NCBI GenBank assembly: GCA_002426755.1
Contig: DINI01000028.1
Span: 173,433 to 237,432, forward strand
Direction of reading: 5' to 3'
Source: Flavobacteriaceae bacterium UBA5544
GTDB lineage: Bacteria; Bacteroidota; Bacteroidia; Flavobacteriales; Flavobacteriaceae
DNA: 64,000 nucleotides
Each line of letters opens with the position of its first letter. Position 1 is the stretch's first letter. Of the stretch, positions 28,479 to 40,572 are shown piece after piece. A program made the position numbers and the translations under genes. The notes beneath the pieces were generated by a model that searched no databases, had not been told where the DNA came from, and worked only from the letters and a program-made list of their open reading frames with translations.

Positions 28479-31259
28479 ATGATCAATCCCAAAAAAATAT
28501 ATGTAATTTTGGGGTTTCAAAAACCGAGCCATACTTTTACAAAAATACACCTAAAAGCATTGCGTACAAACAACTTTCACATACTTTTTGCCTTAAGTTT
28601 TACAGTGCTTATTAACACTTTGGGATTTGCACAAGATTTGCCAAAATCCACTGAACCGATAAAATCTACCGAAAGAGATAGTGTGGTAATGACGATGGAT
28701 TCTTTGAAAAGCCTTCCAATCAATTTAAAGGAAAATGACTCCATCGTAACAGATACCATCCCCAAGAAGAAAGAAACTTTGCAAGGCATCGTGAAGTATA
28801 AGGCTAAAGATTACGTTTCCATTAATCAGCGTGAACAAAAAATCTACCTTTATAATGAAGCCGAGGTAAAGTACCAAGATATGGAAATCAAATCAGGGAT
28901 TATTGTCATTGATTATAGCAAGAATTTAGTATATGCAGGAAGGTTAAAGGATTCCTTGGGTGTCTATACCCAAGCACCTGTTTTTAAGCAGGGTGAAAAT
29001 GTAGTGGAACCGGATTCCATTATTTTTAATACAGAAAACAAGAAAGCTCTGATTTATAACTCAAGAACAGAACAAAGTGGATTTCATGTCTTTGCTCCTT
29101 ACACAAAAAAAGAAAATGATTCAGTATACTTTATGTCGAAGGCCAGGTTTACAACCTCTGAAAATCTTGAGGATCCAGAGTATGAATTCGTAACTTCAAG
29201 AATTAAGTTTGTTCCAAATAAAAAAATTGTTGCGGGTCCAACAATTATGGAAATTTATGGAGTACCTACTCCTTTATACGTACCTTTTGCCTATTTTCCA
29301 TTAACCAATAAGCAAACTTCTGGAATTCTCTTCCCTACGTTTGGACAGGAAAGCCAACGTGGTTATGGTCTTACAAACGGGGGTTATTATTTTGCTGTTA
29401 GTGATTATTTTGATTTGGCAGTACTTGGTGATTATTGGACCAACGGAAGTTATGGATTGCGGCTGGAATCACAATATGCCTTGAGGTATCGCTTTTCTGG
29501 AAATGTTGGGTTTCGTTACGAAAATTTGATCAATAGTGAGCGAGGATTTCCTGACTATTCCAAAAGCTCGATTTATAATATTAGATGGTCACATACGCAA
29601 GATGGTAAATCGAACCCCAGTTCAAGGTTTTCAGCTTCTGTGAATCTTGGAAGTAGTCGATATTATCAGGAGTCCATCAACCAGATCAACCAATCAAATT
29701 TTTTAAACAATACCTTATCCTCATCAGTTTCGTATTCAAAAACATTTGATACAGAACCAAGTATCAACTACAGTATTACTGCCACACATTCACAAAATAC
29801 ACAGACACAACAAATAAACATGACATTGCCAACTTTTCAAGGAAGCATCAGTCGTATCTATCCGTTTGAGCCCTCTATCGGAACCAAAAAAGGAATCATC
29901 CAGAACATCAACTTTCAATACAATGTAAGAGCAGAAAACCGTATTCAAACGACGGATTCCCTATTCTTCAAAAAGGAAATGTTTGACGATGCACTTATGG
30001 GAGTCAAGCATTCCATTCCAATCACAACAAACTTTAAAGTGCTCAAATATTTTAGTGTCAGTGCAAATACAAATTTTGATGAAAACTGGACCTTCAATAC
30101 CATAAGACGCTATTATGATAATGTCAATGAAGAAATTGTCACGGAAGATTTAAAGGGATTTGACAGTTTTAGAACCTACAATTTTAGTACGAGTATTGGA
30201 ACCACTATTTATGGGATGTTCGATTTTAAAAAACCCGGAAAAGACCCAAAAATCCAAGCTATTCGTCATGTGATGCGTCCATCAATCAGTTATAACATCA
30301 ACCCTGCATTTGACCAATATTACGATACTTTTGAGGTTATTGATGCCGATGGAACAACCACTCAAGAGTACACTCGTTTTCAAAATTCCATTTTTGGAAG
30401 TCCAAATAAAACATTTTCGAGTTCGTTAGGATTGTCATTGGCTAACAATTTTGAGATGAAAGTGCGTCCAAAAGATTCTACAGCTACAGAACCAAAAAAA
30501 GTTAAGATTCTCGACAACTTGAATTTTTCGACTTCCTATAATTTTGCAGGTGATTCCTTGCAATGGAGCCCAGTACGAGCTTCAGGGGGCACGCAAATTT
30601 TGGACAATAAAATGAGTATTAATTTTGGGATGGTTTTGGATCCTTACGCATTGGATAACAATAACCGTAAAATCAATACTTTCAATATTAATAATGGAGG
30701 AAGCCTATTTAGATTGACTTCTGCCAACTTGAATGTAAGCTATTCGTTATCAAATTCAACTTTTTCTGGTGGCGATGGTTTGGATGCTAAAGAAGAGCAG
30801 GAATCCATCCAAAGTGGTGGACGAGCTGATGATTTATTTGGAAAGCCACAGGATTTTTCGGATCAAAGATTGACGGATGATGATAGAGAAAATGAAGAGA
30901 AAACACCAAGTGAACTTTATAATTATAAAATCCCCTGGAGCTTGCGTTTGGCCTACGCCGTGAACTATTCCAATAATGCACGCCAAAGCGAAATATCTTC
31001 CAATTCCCTGATGTTTTCAGGAGATATAGAAGTTTCACCGCGCTGGACACTCGGTGCTTCTTCAGGATATGATTTTAAAAATCAGGGATTTACTTACACG
31101 CAACTGCGTTTTGAACGTGATTTATTGAGTTGGCGCATGAATTTTAGTTGGATTCCATTCAGTAGTAGAAGTTCATGGAGTTTCTTTATAGGTATCAAAT
31201 CAAACTTATTGAAGGATATTAAGTATGACCAGCGCAAGCGACCTGACCAGCAATTGTAA
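28479..31259 (+). CDS. lptD: Putative LPS assembly protein LptD (start may be TTG ~28509)
   Basis: Large OM protein with OstA-like N-domain (IYLYNEAEVKY), long beta-barrel; divergent from amidase as usual in Bacteroidota. Confidence 0.75.
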   Translation: MINPKKIYVILGFQKPSHTFTKIHLKALRTNNFHILFALSFTVLINTLGFAQDLPKSTEPIKSTERDSVVMTMDSLKSLPINLKENDSIVTDTIPKKKETLQGIVKYKAKDYVSINQREQKIYLYNEAEVKYQDMEIKSGIIVIDYSKNLVYAGRLKDSLGVYTQAPVFKQGENVVEPDSIIFNTENKKALIYNSRTEQSGFHVFAPYTKKENDSVYFMSKARFTTSENLEDPEYEFVTSRIKFVPNKKIVAGPTIMEIYGVPTPLYVPFAYFPLTNKQTSGILFPTFGQESQRGYGLTNGGYYFAVSDYFDLAVLGDYWTNGSYGLRLESQYALRYRFSGNVGFRYENLINSERGFPDYSKSSIYNIRWSHTQDGKSNPSSRFSASVNLGSSRYYQESINQINQSNFLNNTLSSSVSYSKTFDTEPSINYSITATHSQNTQTQQINMTLPTFQGSISRIYPFEPSIGTKKGIIQNINFQYNVRAENRIQTTDSLFFKKEMFDDALMGVKHSIPITTNFKVLKYFSVSANTNFDENWTFNTIRRYYDNVNEEIVTEDLKGFDSFRTYNFSTSIGTTIYGMFDFKKPGKDPKIQAIRHVMRPSISYNINPAFDQYYDTFEVIDADGTTTQEYTRFQNSIFGSPNKTFSSSLGLSLANNFEMKVRPKDSTATEPKKVKILDNLNFSTSYNFAGDSLQWSPVRASGGTQILDNKMSINFGMVLDPYALDNNNRKINTFNINNGGSLFRLTSANLNVSYSLSNSTFSGGDGLDAKEEQESIQSGGRADDLFGKPQDFSDQRLTDDDRENEEKTPSELYNYKIPWSLRLAYAVNYSNNARQSEISSNSLMFSGDIEVSPRWTLGASSGYDFKNQGFTYTQLRFERDLLSWRMNFSWIPFSSRSSWSFFIGIKSNLLKDIKYDQRKRPDQQL

Positions 31260-31320
31260 TGTTCAGTTGCGTTAGTACAAAGTTTTATGTTACTTTGAGT
31301 AATTGTTTCAAATACTAATT

Positions 31321-31701
31321 ATGAAAAAAATCATCAATACTCCGAATGCGCCAGCTCCTATTGGACCTTATAATCAAGCCGTTTTAACTGATAACACATT
31401 GTATATCTCTGGGCAAATTGCATTGAACCCAGAGTCCATGGAATTGGTTATGGGTGATATTAAAACAGAGACCAAACAAGTCATGGAAAATTTAAAGGCT
31501 GTTCTTGAAGCTGCAGGTATGACGTTTGAAAATGTAGTAAAGTCTTCAATTTTTATCAGTGATATGAACAATTTTGGTCAAATCAATGAAGTGTACGCCA
31601 CTTACTTTGACAGTGACACGGCTCCAGCACGAGAAACGGTTGAAGTTGCCAATCTGCCAAAATTTGTCAATGTAGAAATTAGCATGATTGCTGTAAAATA
31701 A
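31321..31701 (+). CDS. RidA/YjgF family enamine deaminase
   Basis: APAPIGPYNQA, SGQI, PARETVEVANLP, VEIS. Confidence 0.93.
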   Translation: MKKIINTPNAPAPIGPYNQAVLTDNTLYISGQIALNPESMELVMGDIKTETKQVMENLKAVLEAAGMTFENVVKSSIFISDMNNFGQINEVYATYFDSDTAPARETVEVANLPKFVNVEISMIAVK

Positions 31702-31838
31702 CCTCCTTTTGATTGAAAACAGTTCTACCAATAAACTTTCAACACTTGTTAATAAATCATCTTTTCTAAATTCAAAATAGACATTGAAATCCGTGTTCTA
31801 AAACGTACTTTTGAAAGTAAACCAATTCAAGTACACCA

Positions 31839-32879
31839 ATGCGAATAGAATATGATATAAAGTTGGGCTTTAAAGATGTGATGATACGACCAAAACGTTC
31901 GACACTCAAAAGCCGTTCTCAAGTGAATCTCAAGCGTCAATTCAAATTTTTGCACAGCAACAATTCTTGGTCCGGTATTCCAATTATGGCGGCGAATATG
32001 GATACAGTTGGAACCTTTGAGATGGCTATGGCATTATCAAAACAAGAATTATTCACAGCAATTCATAAACATTATTCTGTTGAAAAATGGAAAACTTTTC
32101 TTTCCAAAGCACCAGAAAACATTTGCAATTACATCGCCATCAGTACAGGAACCAGTAAACAAGATGCAGATAAGTTAAAAGCCATCTCCAACCTAAACAA
32201 AAACATAAAGTTTATTTGCATTGATGTCGCTAATGGTTATTCGGAGCATTTTGTCAATTTTGTGAAGCAAACTCGGTCACAATATCCTGATAAGGTAATT
32301 ATTGCAGGAAATGTGGTAACTGGCGAAATGGTTGAAGAATTACTGCTGGCTGGAGCCGATATCATTAAAGTTGGAATTGGCCCTGGTTCAGTGTGTACAA
32401 CGCGCGTCAAAACTGGTGTTGGATACCCACAACTATCCGCGATTATTGAATGTGCTGATGCTGCGCATGGCTTGGGTGGACAGATTATCAGTGATGGTGG
32501 CTGCACAACTCCTGGTGATGTGGCAAAAGCCTTTGGTGCTGGAGCTGATTTTGTAATGCTTGGAGGGATGTTTGCTGGACATGATGAAAGTGGTGGTGAA
32601 ACGGTTGTGCGAAAAGGAAAAACATACAAACAATTTTATGGTATGAGTTCGTTAACAGCCATGGAAAAACATATTGGAGGTGTTGCCGATTATAGAGCCA
32701 GTGAAGGTAAAACCGTTGAAGTACCGTATCGCGGCAAAGTAGATAATACGTTACAGGACATTCTTGGAGGCGTTCGTAGTACATGTACGTATGTGGGTGC
32801 GCAACGATTGAAAGAATTGACCAAACGAACCACCTTTATTAGGGTTGAAGAACAGGAAAATAAAGTTTATAACGAATAG
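31839..32879 (+). CDS. guaC: GMP reductase
   Basis: [37 protein letters not shown]. Confidence 0.96.
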   Translation: MRIEYDIKLGFKDVMIRPKRSTLKSRSQVNLKRQFKFLHSNNSWSGIPIMAANMDTVGTFEMAMALSKQELFTAIHKHYSVEKWKTFLSKAPENICNYIAISTGTSKQDADKLKAISNLNKNIKFICIDVANGYSEHFVNFVKQTRSQYPDKVIIAGNVVTGEMVEELLLAGADIIKVGIGPGSVCTTRVKTGVGYPQLSAIIECADAAHGLGGQIISDGGCTTPGDVAKAFGAGADFVMLGGMFAGHDESGGETVVRKGKTYKQFYGMSSLTAMEKHIGGVADYRASEGKTVEVPYRGKVDNTLQDILGGVRSTCTYVGAQRLKELTKRTTFIRVEEQENKVYNE

Positions 32880-32926
32880 ACGTTATTTGTTCTTTAGATA
32901 GAATTTTAATCAAATAATAATAGAAG

Positions 32927-33787
32927 CTAAAGGTGTTTAGTATGATAAGCAACCAACCCCTCAATTGGACGACGAACAAAATTACCTACTTTAAAACCTA
33001 ATTCTTCACCCACCTCTCTTATTTCATTTTGTGAAAAGTAGGCAATGGAGCCAGCAAAATGAACCGGTACTTTTTCAATCTCATATTTGAATTGAAGGAT
33101 CATATTTTTAGCAAACAATCGCACACCTTCCTTAATCATGTTTTGGACATACAGGGAATCCTTGTTTAGAAACATGAATTCAGCAAAATTTGCCAAATAG
33201 GCATTTGGACTTGGTTGTTTATATAGATTATATTTGATAAAATCCGCATCCATATTATATTTATCGGCGAAAGATACCCTTATGGCTTCAGGCATATGAT
33301 TGAAATAATAATCACGAATCAATTGTTTGCCATAATAATTTCCGGAAGCGTCATCCATCAAGGTGTAACCTAAAGAAGTTATACGTTGGTGCAGACGTTC
33401 ACCGTCATAATAACTACAATTAGAACCAGTTCCTAGAATACAGACGACTGCTGCCTCATCATCAGTGTTCAGCGACGCCCTAACCGCTGCCATTGTGTCT
33501 TCTGTTACCTCTACTTCCGCATTGACAAAGATATCTTCCAATACTTTTTTAAGTAGTAATTTTGGATTTTCAGTACCGCAACCGGCTCCATAGAAAAACA
33601 CATGAGTAACATCACGTTTATGTACCATTAACTCTTCACTTTTCCTGATAATTTTGTATAGCTTCTTTTCTTTGAGAATCTCGGGGTTTAGACCACTTGT
33701 TCTTATTTTTTCTAGAAGTTGCTTTCCGTTATTATCAACTGAAATCCAATCGGCTTTTGTAGAACCACTGTCAACTATTAAAATCAT
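32927..33787 (-). CDS. BadF/BadG-type N-acetylglucosamine kinase-like ATPase
   Basis: DSGSTKADW, FYGAGC, ILGTGSN, GY.L.DDASG, FAGSIA. Confidence 0.85.
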   Translation of the reverse strand: MILIVDSGSTKADWISVDNNGKQLLEKIRTSGLNPEILKEKKLYKIIRKSEELMVHKRDVTHVFFYGAGCGTENPKLLLKKVLEDIFVNAEVEVTEDTMAAVRASLNTDDEAAVVCILGTGSNCSYYDGERLHQRITSLGYTLMDDASGNYYGKQLIRDYYFNHMPEAIRVSFADKYNMDADFIKYNLYKQPSPNAYLANFAEFMFLNKDSLYVQNMIKEGVRLFAKNMILQFKYEIEKVPVHFAGSIAYFSQNEIREVGEELGFKVGNFVRRPIEGLVAYHTKHL

Positions 33788-33800
33788 GCTGTATTTGAAT

Positions 33801-33853
33801 AAAAATTCCGTACAAGTTCAAACTATATAAATATAGTAAAACTTATACGGAAT
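33801..33853 (-). terminator. Terminator downstream of gap
   Basis: ATTCCGTATAAGTT / AACTTGTACGGAAT stem followed by T run on the minus strand. Confidence 0.65.
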
Positions 33854-33864
33854 GTGATGTATAA

Positions 33865-34926
<1,062 letters not shown>

Positions 34927-35913
34927 TTATGTACTCATAATATCAGATACACGTAACAATTCTTTGTTGATCTTTGATTTTCCTTTGACAGCTTGTTCCA
35001 AGGGCGTAAGTGCCATAACATCATTGATTAAGCCAACCATATAATTGGTTTTGCCATCCAATAAACTTTCTACAGCCTTCACTCCCATTCTACTGGCAAG
35101 CACTCTGTCAAAACATGAAGGTGAGCCACCACGTTGCATATGACCCAAAACGGATACTCTAACATCATACTCATCCATGTTTTCCTCAACATAGTCCTTC
35201 AATTCGAAAACATTCTTACCAATTTTATCGCCTTCTGCCACAACCACAATACTGGATGATTTTCCAGATTGTTTACTGCGTTGTAATGATTCCAATAAAC
35301 GGTCTAAACCTAAATCTTCTTCAGGAATCAAGATTTCTTCGGCTCCAGCTCCTACGCCAGCATTCAAGGCAATATGGCCAACATCTCGTCCCATTACTTC
35401 GACGAAAAATAGACGATTGTGTGAACTTGCCGTATCTCGGATTTTATCAATGCAATCCACAACCGTGTTAAGTGCAGTATCAAATCCTAAAGTATGTGAA
35501 GTTCCAAAAATATCATTATCTATAGTACCAGGAATTCCCATGACAGGAAAGTTGTATTCTTTATTGAAAATAAGTCCTCCGTTGAAAGTTCCGTCTCCAC
35601 CTATTAATACCAAAGCATCAATATTGGCATCGACAAGTTTTTCGTGTGCAATTTTTCTGCCTTCAGGAGTTCTAAACTCTTTAGAGCGGGCAGATTTTAA
35701 AACAGTTCCACCTTTATTGATAATTCCTTTAACACTACGTGCGTCCATGGATTTAAAGTCACCTTCAATCATTCCTTCGTAGCCACGGTATATACCTACA
35801 CATTCTATGTTATGGTATGCGCAAGTTCTGACCACCGAACGGATGGCTGCATTCATTCCTGGAGAGTCACCTCCAGAGGTCATGACACCTATCTTTTTTA
35901 TGTTTTTTGACAT
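34927..35913 (-). CDS. pfkA: ATP-dependent 6-phosphofructokinase
   Basis: TSGGDSPGMNAAIR, GGDG, TIDND, EVMGR, LGHMQRGG. Confidence 0.98.
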   Translation of the reverse strand: MSKNIKKIGVMTSGGDSPGMNAAIRSVVRTCAYHNIECVGIYRGYEGMIEGDFKSMDARSVKGIINKGGTVLKSARSKEFRTPEGRKIAHEKLVDANIDALVLIGGDGTFNGGLIFNKEYNFPVMGIPGTIDNDIFGTSHTLGFDTALNTVVDCIDKIRDTASSHNRLFFVEVMGRDVGHIALNAGVGAGAEEILIPEEDLGLDRLLESLQRSKQSGKSSSIVVVAEGDKIGKNVFELKDYVEENMDEYDVRVSVLGHMQRGGSPSCFDRVLASRMGVKAVESLLDGKTNYMVGLINDVMALTPLEQAVKGKSKINKELLRVSDIMST

Positions 35914-36048
35914 CTAATTCTAACTTTGAAAAGTAAAACTAATAAACTAATATTAGAATTGCCGATGTATTGAAGATTATTTAACAGTGCTATTAAAACT
36001 CAATCGTTTTCGTTAATAACTCTCTTAAAATTAGTAGAAAAAACATGA

Positions 36049-39000
36049 TTAATTGTTGTCTTTTTTGTCAGATTTGGGCTTTATCGTGATGTAATCTGGA
36101 GTCATTTGTTCTTCTTCTTTTTTGTTCGCTTCCTCATCTCGTTTTTGGGCCTCTTTTTCTTCTTTATTTTTTCCAGAGAAAATGATTTGAAGCAATTCTT
36201 TAAAAGTATCGAATTCTACACTGTATGATAAACCTAAACCTTGCGTGTAGCCAATTTCTTCTCCGAAATTACGGATGTTGTTTTCTCTGTTGAAGAATTT
36301 GGCGGACAATGTCCCGTCGTCGTTCAATAATAATTCAATCTCGGCATCGCCAGCAATTACCGTTTGGTTGACGCCCCCTACTGGCACACCCACTTTACCA
36401 TTAAATAAAACACGGTCACTGATTTTTGTGCTCAAGGTTAATCCGAGTCGATCATCAGTTTGATATTCTGGGGTAGTTTCACCTGACTCAAAATTAACAC
36501 CCACCCTTACCTTATCATCATCACTTGAGAACAAGCTATTAAAGAGGTTGTTAACCCTGTCCTCAACCGTTCCATAAGCTTGCTGTCCTAAACTTATCTC
36601 ACTGGCAAAAGAACCAGTTGCCAACAAAAACACTCCTTGGTTGTCTCTACTTTCCTTCGTTTCAAGACGATAATCCAACTCCGATTTAATGGTGGAACTC
36701 ACATTAGGAAACCCAAAAGTGAAATCCAAATCAGGTTGTTCTAATTGGCCTGTTAGATTAAGCTCCACATTTACAGGAATGCTCCTGTTGATTGGATTGT
36801 CCAATAATACGGATGGATTCGCATTGGTTTTGTATATCGCCTTTAAATTAAGTTGCGCTTTTAATGGGTCGCCATCCCATCGTAGGTTCCCTCCTTTTTC
36901 CACCTCAAGTTTCTTCTGCACCAAACCACCATAGGCAAAATTGTAGGTTCCTTTATAGATGACAAAATCTCCGTACATATTGAATTTTCCATTAGTATTG
37001 ATTTCTATCAGCAAGTTACCTTCTCCACTTCCTTGAATGGTACTACCTGATTTTCTATCGACAACAATTTCTATATCTGCATTTTGATTAACGTCTAAAT
37101 CAAAGTCGAGCTCCAAACCTTTCACTTCGGTTTCAGAAATAGTTTCACCTCTTAAACGTGCCGCTTTTTCTTCAGGACTTAAAAAATGCATATAAGAATT
37201 GTCTCCAAAACTTTGAGTATCACTTAAAGGGATTTTAAATACCGTTCCTTGTGCCGTACTGCCATCTACTTTGATGACCAGCTGTTCGGTTGGGCCATAA
37301 ATACTGGCCTGCCCCGTAACGAATGCGGTACCATAATATAAAGCATCTTCGGTATCTTCCGTATCCAAAACCAGCAAACGCTTGGTATCAATATCTAACC
37401 CAAGTCGCCAATCGGAAAAGTTATTATGACTCATATAACCATTAAGAGTTGCTCTTGAAAAGTATTTTGAATCCGTCATCACAACCTCATTGAATATAAA
37501 CTTTTGCTCCTCCAATAGTACTTCGGAATCAAAATCAAATGAATAATCTACGTTTAGGTATGGGATGGTCATACCTGCATTATTCAACACCAGATTGCCA
37601 TTAATGTCTGGTTTTTTGAGATTTCCTGTTGCTTTGACATTTCCGGAAGCCAAACCTCTAATATTGTTTATGACATCAGCACCAAACACATTGAGGAATG
37701 CCAATTGAAATTCATCAAACTCAATATCTAGATTGATGCTTGGGTTGGATTGGCCAACATCGATATAGCCTTTGGCAATTAAGGATTTTAAATTGTCATT
37801 CTGCAATAACAAATCGACTTCATAGTTGGTCAGGGACTCGTTACCTATGATATCTGCTCTTAAATCTCCCAACTCGAACTCATTGAACTTAAATCGGTCA
37901 ATTGTAACATTCGAATTTGGTAAATACACGCCATCTTTCTGAAGTACTTCCAATTTTCCATTCACATTGCCTGCGAAATGGATACTATCCAACCGCGGTG
38001 TGATTTTATTCAAATCGACATCTTTAAAATTAAGTTTTATGTCCTTATAAGTAGAATCGCGTATCTCTCCTGCAAGTTCTATTTCTTCATCAAGGTGACT
38101 CATCACAATTTCTGAAATATCAAATTGCTTGAATTGTCTGTCAAAAGTTATTTTGTTTTGCTTATCCCTGTTCTCATTAATCACCCAATCGTTTTCTTTG
38201 AATCGCACACCAGATTTTTTAAAACCAACCACAGATTTATTGTCTTTATCGATGGTATAGAAGAGGCTCAAGTCAAAATTGTCTTTATTGAGTTTTCCTC
38301 CTTGAAATTCAGATTTGATAAACAACGTATCTCTAATGGTAACATTAATCAAATTAAATTTTGAAACATTATAGTAATTGGTGTTGATGGAATCTATCTC
38401 CACAAACGTGTTGAACAATGGATTGGAATTATCGATTTTCAAGTCCACATTGTTAGCGAAATAATCATTCAATTTGATTTGTGGTGACTTAAATGCAAGC
38501 TTAAAACCGCGCTCATCACTTTCAATGCGGCCTTTAATGGATGTGTTTGGACCCAATTCCAATTCATGTACAAATACCTCAATGATTTTATTGTAAACCG
38601 TAAAATTAAAATCGAGGTATTCGTCGTCTTCGATTTTATGGGGAAGATAATTGGTGTAAATACTTCCAATGGAATTTTCAACGAGCTTACCAATGTTCTC
38701 AAACTTAAAGACACCGCTAACGGTTCCTTCGATGATATCTGTTGAATTGATACTTATATTTCGCTTTTCATTTTCAAAGCTTGAAGTGACATCAAAATCC
38801 TCAAAAAAGTATTCATCGTTTTGATTGATGTAGGTTGTGTTTTTAAAATTCAACGTACCATAAGCATCATTGATGTTGGTGCCTTTCATTGACATGATGA
38901 CTTGTCCTTTAAATACAGAAAGGCTATCCTTGCTTACGAAATTCAAAGCTTTTAGATTGGCATACTGCACATCGGCAGTAAAATCCATAGTTTTAATGTC

Positions 39001-40467
39001 TTTGGAAAGGTCGGCTAATCCATTAAATTTAAACTTGAAATTTTCATCGTTGGACACCAAATCACCATTAAAAACATTATTCCCAATCTGACCCATAATA
39101 TCAATGTCCATGTAAGTATAATCATTGTAATTCAATGAAAATACTTTTCCTGCAACATCCGTTTTTAAGTTTTCGATGGTGAAACCTTTTCCATCAACGT
39201 CTAAATCAAAAGATGTTTCTTTGACTTTCGGGTCATTAAGAAGTTGACCAATATCGAACTGGTCAAAAATTACTTTTCCTTTGTAACTGGCATTGTCAAT
39301 ATTATCAATTTCAGATAATAGCATTTGGGTGTCAATGTAGCCAATATCTGTACGGATTTCAAGGCTAGAATCAATATATGTAGGCGTGATTTTAGTAGTC
39401 CCATTCATAGAAAAATTACCGACTTTTGAAAACACGCTTGGAATGGTTTCACCCAAAAGATTTGGAAGCATCGCTCTTAAATCGAAATAATTTGAAGACA
39501 AATCATCAAATCTACCATCCAATTCAAAATTGTTTTCTGATGTATTAAAAAGGTTTTTAAAATTGATATCACCATAAATGCGAGTCCGTGAAGTGGTAGT
39601 CAGTTTTAAATTATCGGCCTGTAAATTGTTCAAGGTTCCCGAAAGATTCACATTCAATTTTGCCCGTTGGTCAACACCAAATTCATTGTAGAATGTATTG
39701 AGTTCATCAAGCAACACTTCAGAATCCTTAAAATTAGCTTCCACTTTTACCTTATTGGTAAAATCCTTTAGGTCTTCTGGAGTATAGCTAAATTTTACAT
39801 TTCCCTTCAAATGGGAATGTGTGGTAGTAATGCTCAAATCATCAAAACTCAAATGGTCAGGAGAATACTCAAAATCTGTAACCATATTTTTTACCACTAA
39901 TCCGCGACTGTCTATGAAAGCAAAAGTGTTGATTCTAGCACTGATGTCACTATCGTTGATAACGAAATTGGTGGCATTGAGATATAATTTATTGAATTCA
40001 ATTAATTTTGGTGTTTCCTTGTTCTCATTAATCATCCGGAATGTTCCGTCATAAATTGAAACATCACTAGACGATAATAAAAATGTTTTTACCTCTTTCT
40101 GCGGATTGTCTTCCTCAAATTTTTTGATGAACACATCCAAATTGGACATTGGTTCATCTTTATATATTTTTATGTTAAAGGTCAACCCGTTAATATCAAT
40201 GTCACCGAAAGTCAGTTTTCCGTTATAAATGTTCGTAAAACTTAAAATGGAGGTATTAAGTTCGTTGACGTTGATGAGCGTGTCTTTTTTATAGTCCTCA
40301 ATATAAATACTTTTCAATTCCACATCACCATTGATTTTTAAGCCAATTTTATCAATAGTTATATGTGTCCCAAAATCATCATTGATACGTTGGGTCACTT
40401 TTTTTCCAAGATAGGTTTGTACCGACGGAAGTGATAACACCAACATTAAAATGATAAAAAGCAGCAC
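36049..40467 (-). CDS. tamB: Translocation/assembly module TamB-domain protein (frame open to ~40512)
   Basis: 1472 aa, N-terminal TM anchor, beta-rich AsmA-like body, C-terminal DUF490-like region. Confidence 0.85.
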   Translation of the reverse strand: MLLFIILMLVLSLPSVQTYLGKKVTQRINDDFGTHITIDKIGLKINGDVELKSIYIEDYKKDTLINVNELNTSILSFTNIYNGKLTFGDIDINGLTFNIKIYKDEPMSNLDVFIKKFEEDNPQKEVKTFLLSSSDVSIYDGTFRMINENKETPKLIEFNKLYLNATNFVINDSDISARINTFAFIDSRGLVVKNMVTDFEYSPDHLSFDDLSITTTHSHLKGNVKFSYTPEDLKDFTNKVKVEANFKDSEVLLDELNTFYNEFGVDQRAKLNVNLSGTLNNLQADNLKLTTTSRTRIYGDINFKNLFNTSENNFELDGRFDDLSSNYFDLRAMLPNLLGETIPSVFSKVGNFSMNGTTKITPTYIDSSLEIRTDIGYIDTQMLLSEIDNIDNASYKGKVIFDQFDIGQLLNDPKVKETSFDLDVDGKGFTIENLKTDVAGKVFSLNYNDYTYMDIDIMGQIGNNVFNGDLVSNDENFKFKFNGLADLSKDIKTMDFTADVQYANLKALNFVSKDSLSVFKGQVIMSMKGTNINDAYGTLNFKNTTYINQNDEYFFEDFDVTSSFENEKRNISINSTDIIEGTVSGVFKFENIGKLVENSIGSIYTNYLPHKIEDDEYLDFNFTVYNKIIEVFVHELELGPNTSIKGRIESDERGFKLAFKSPQIKLNDYFANNVDLKIDNSNPLFNTFVEIDSINTNYYNVSKFNLINVTIRDTLFIKSEFQGGKLNKDNFDLSLFYTIDKDNKSVVGFKKSGVRFKENDWVINENRDKQNKITFDRQFKQFDISEIVMSHLDEEIELAGEIRDSTYKDIKLNFKDVDLNKITPRLDSIHFAGNVNGKLEVLQKDGVYLPNSNVTIDRFKFNEFELGDLRADIIGNESLTNYEVDLLLQNDNLKSLIAKGYIDVGQSNPSINLDIEFDEFQLAFLNVFGADVINNIRGLASGNVKATGNLKKPDINGNLVLNNAGMTIPYLNVDYSFDFDSEVLLEEQKFIFNEVVMTDSKYFSRATLNGYMSHNNFSDWRLGLDIDTKRLLVLDTEDTEDALYYGTAFVTGQASIYGPTEQLVIKVDGSTAQGTVFKIPLSDTQSFGDNSYMHFLSPEEKAARLRGETISETEVKGLELDFDLDVNQNADIEIVVDRKSGSTIQGSGEGNLLIEINTNGKFNMYGDFVIYKGTYNFAYGGLVQKKLEVEKGGNLRWDGDPLKAQLNLKAIYKTNANPSVLLDNPINRSIPVNVELNLTGQLEQPDLDFTFGFPNVSSTIKSELDYRLETKESRDNQGVFLLATGSFASEISLGQQAYGTVEDRVNNLFNSLFSSDDDKVRVGVNFESGETTPEYQTDDRLGLTLSTKISDRVLFNGKVGVPVGGVNQTVIAGDAEIELLLNDDGTLSAKFFNRENNIRNFGEEIGYTQGLGLSYSVEFDTFKELLQIIFSGKNKEEKEAQKRDEEANKKEEEQMTPDYITIKPKSDKKDNN

Positions 40468-40572
40468 TATAATGGCTGCTATTTTAGATAGTATTTTGAG
40501 AAATTTTTTGATACGTTTTAAAGTTATAACTTTGTAGTCAAATTTAACAATTATTGTGCCTAAATTTCATTA

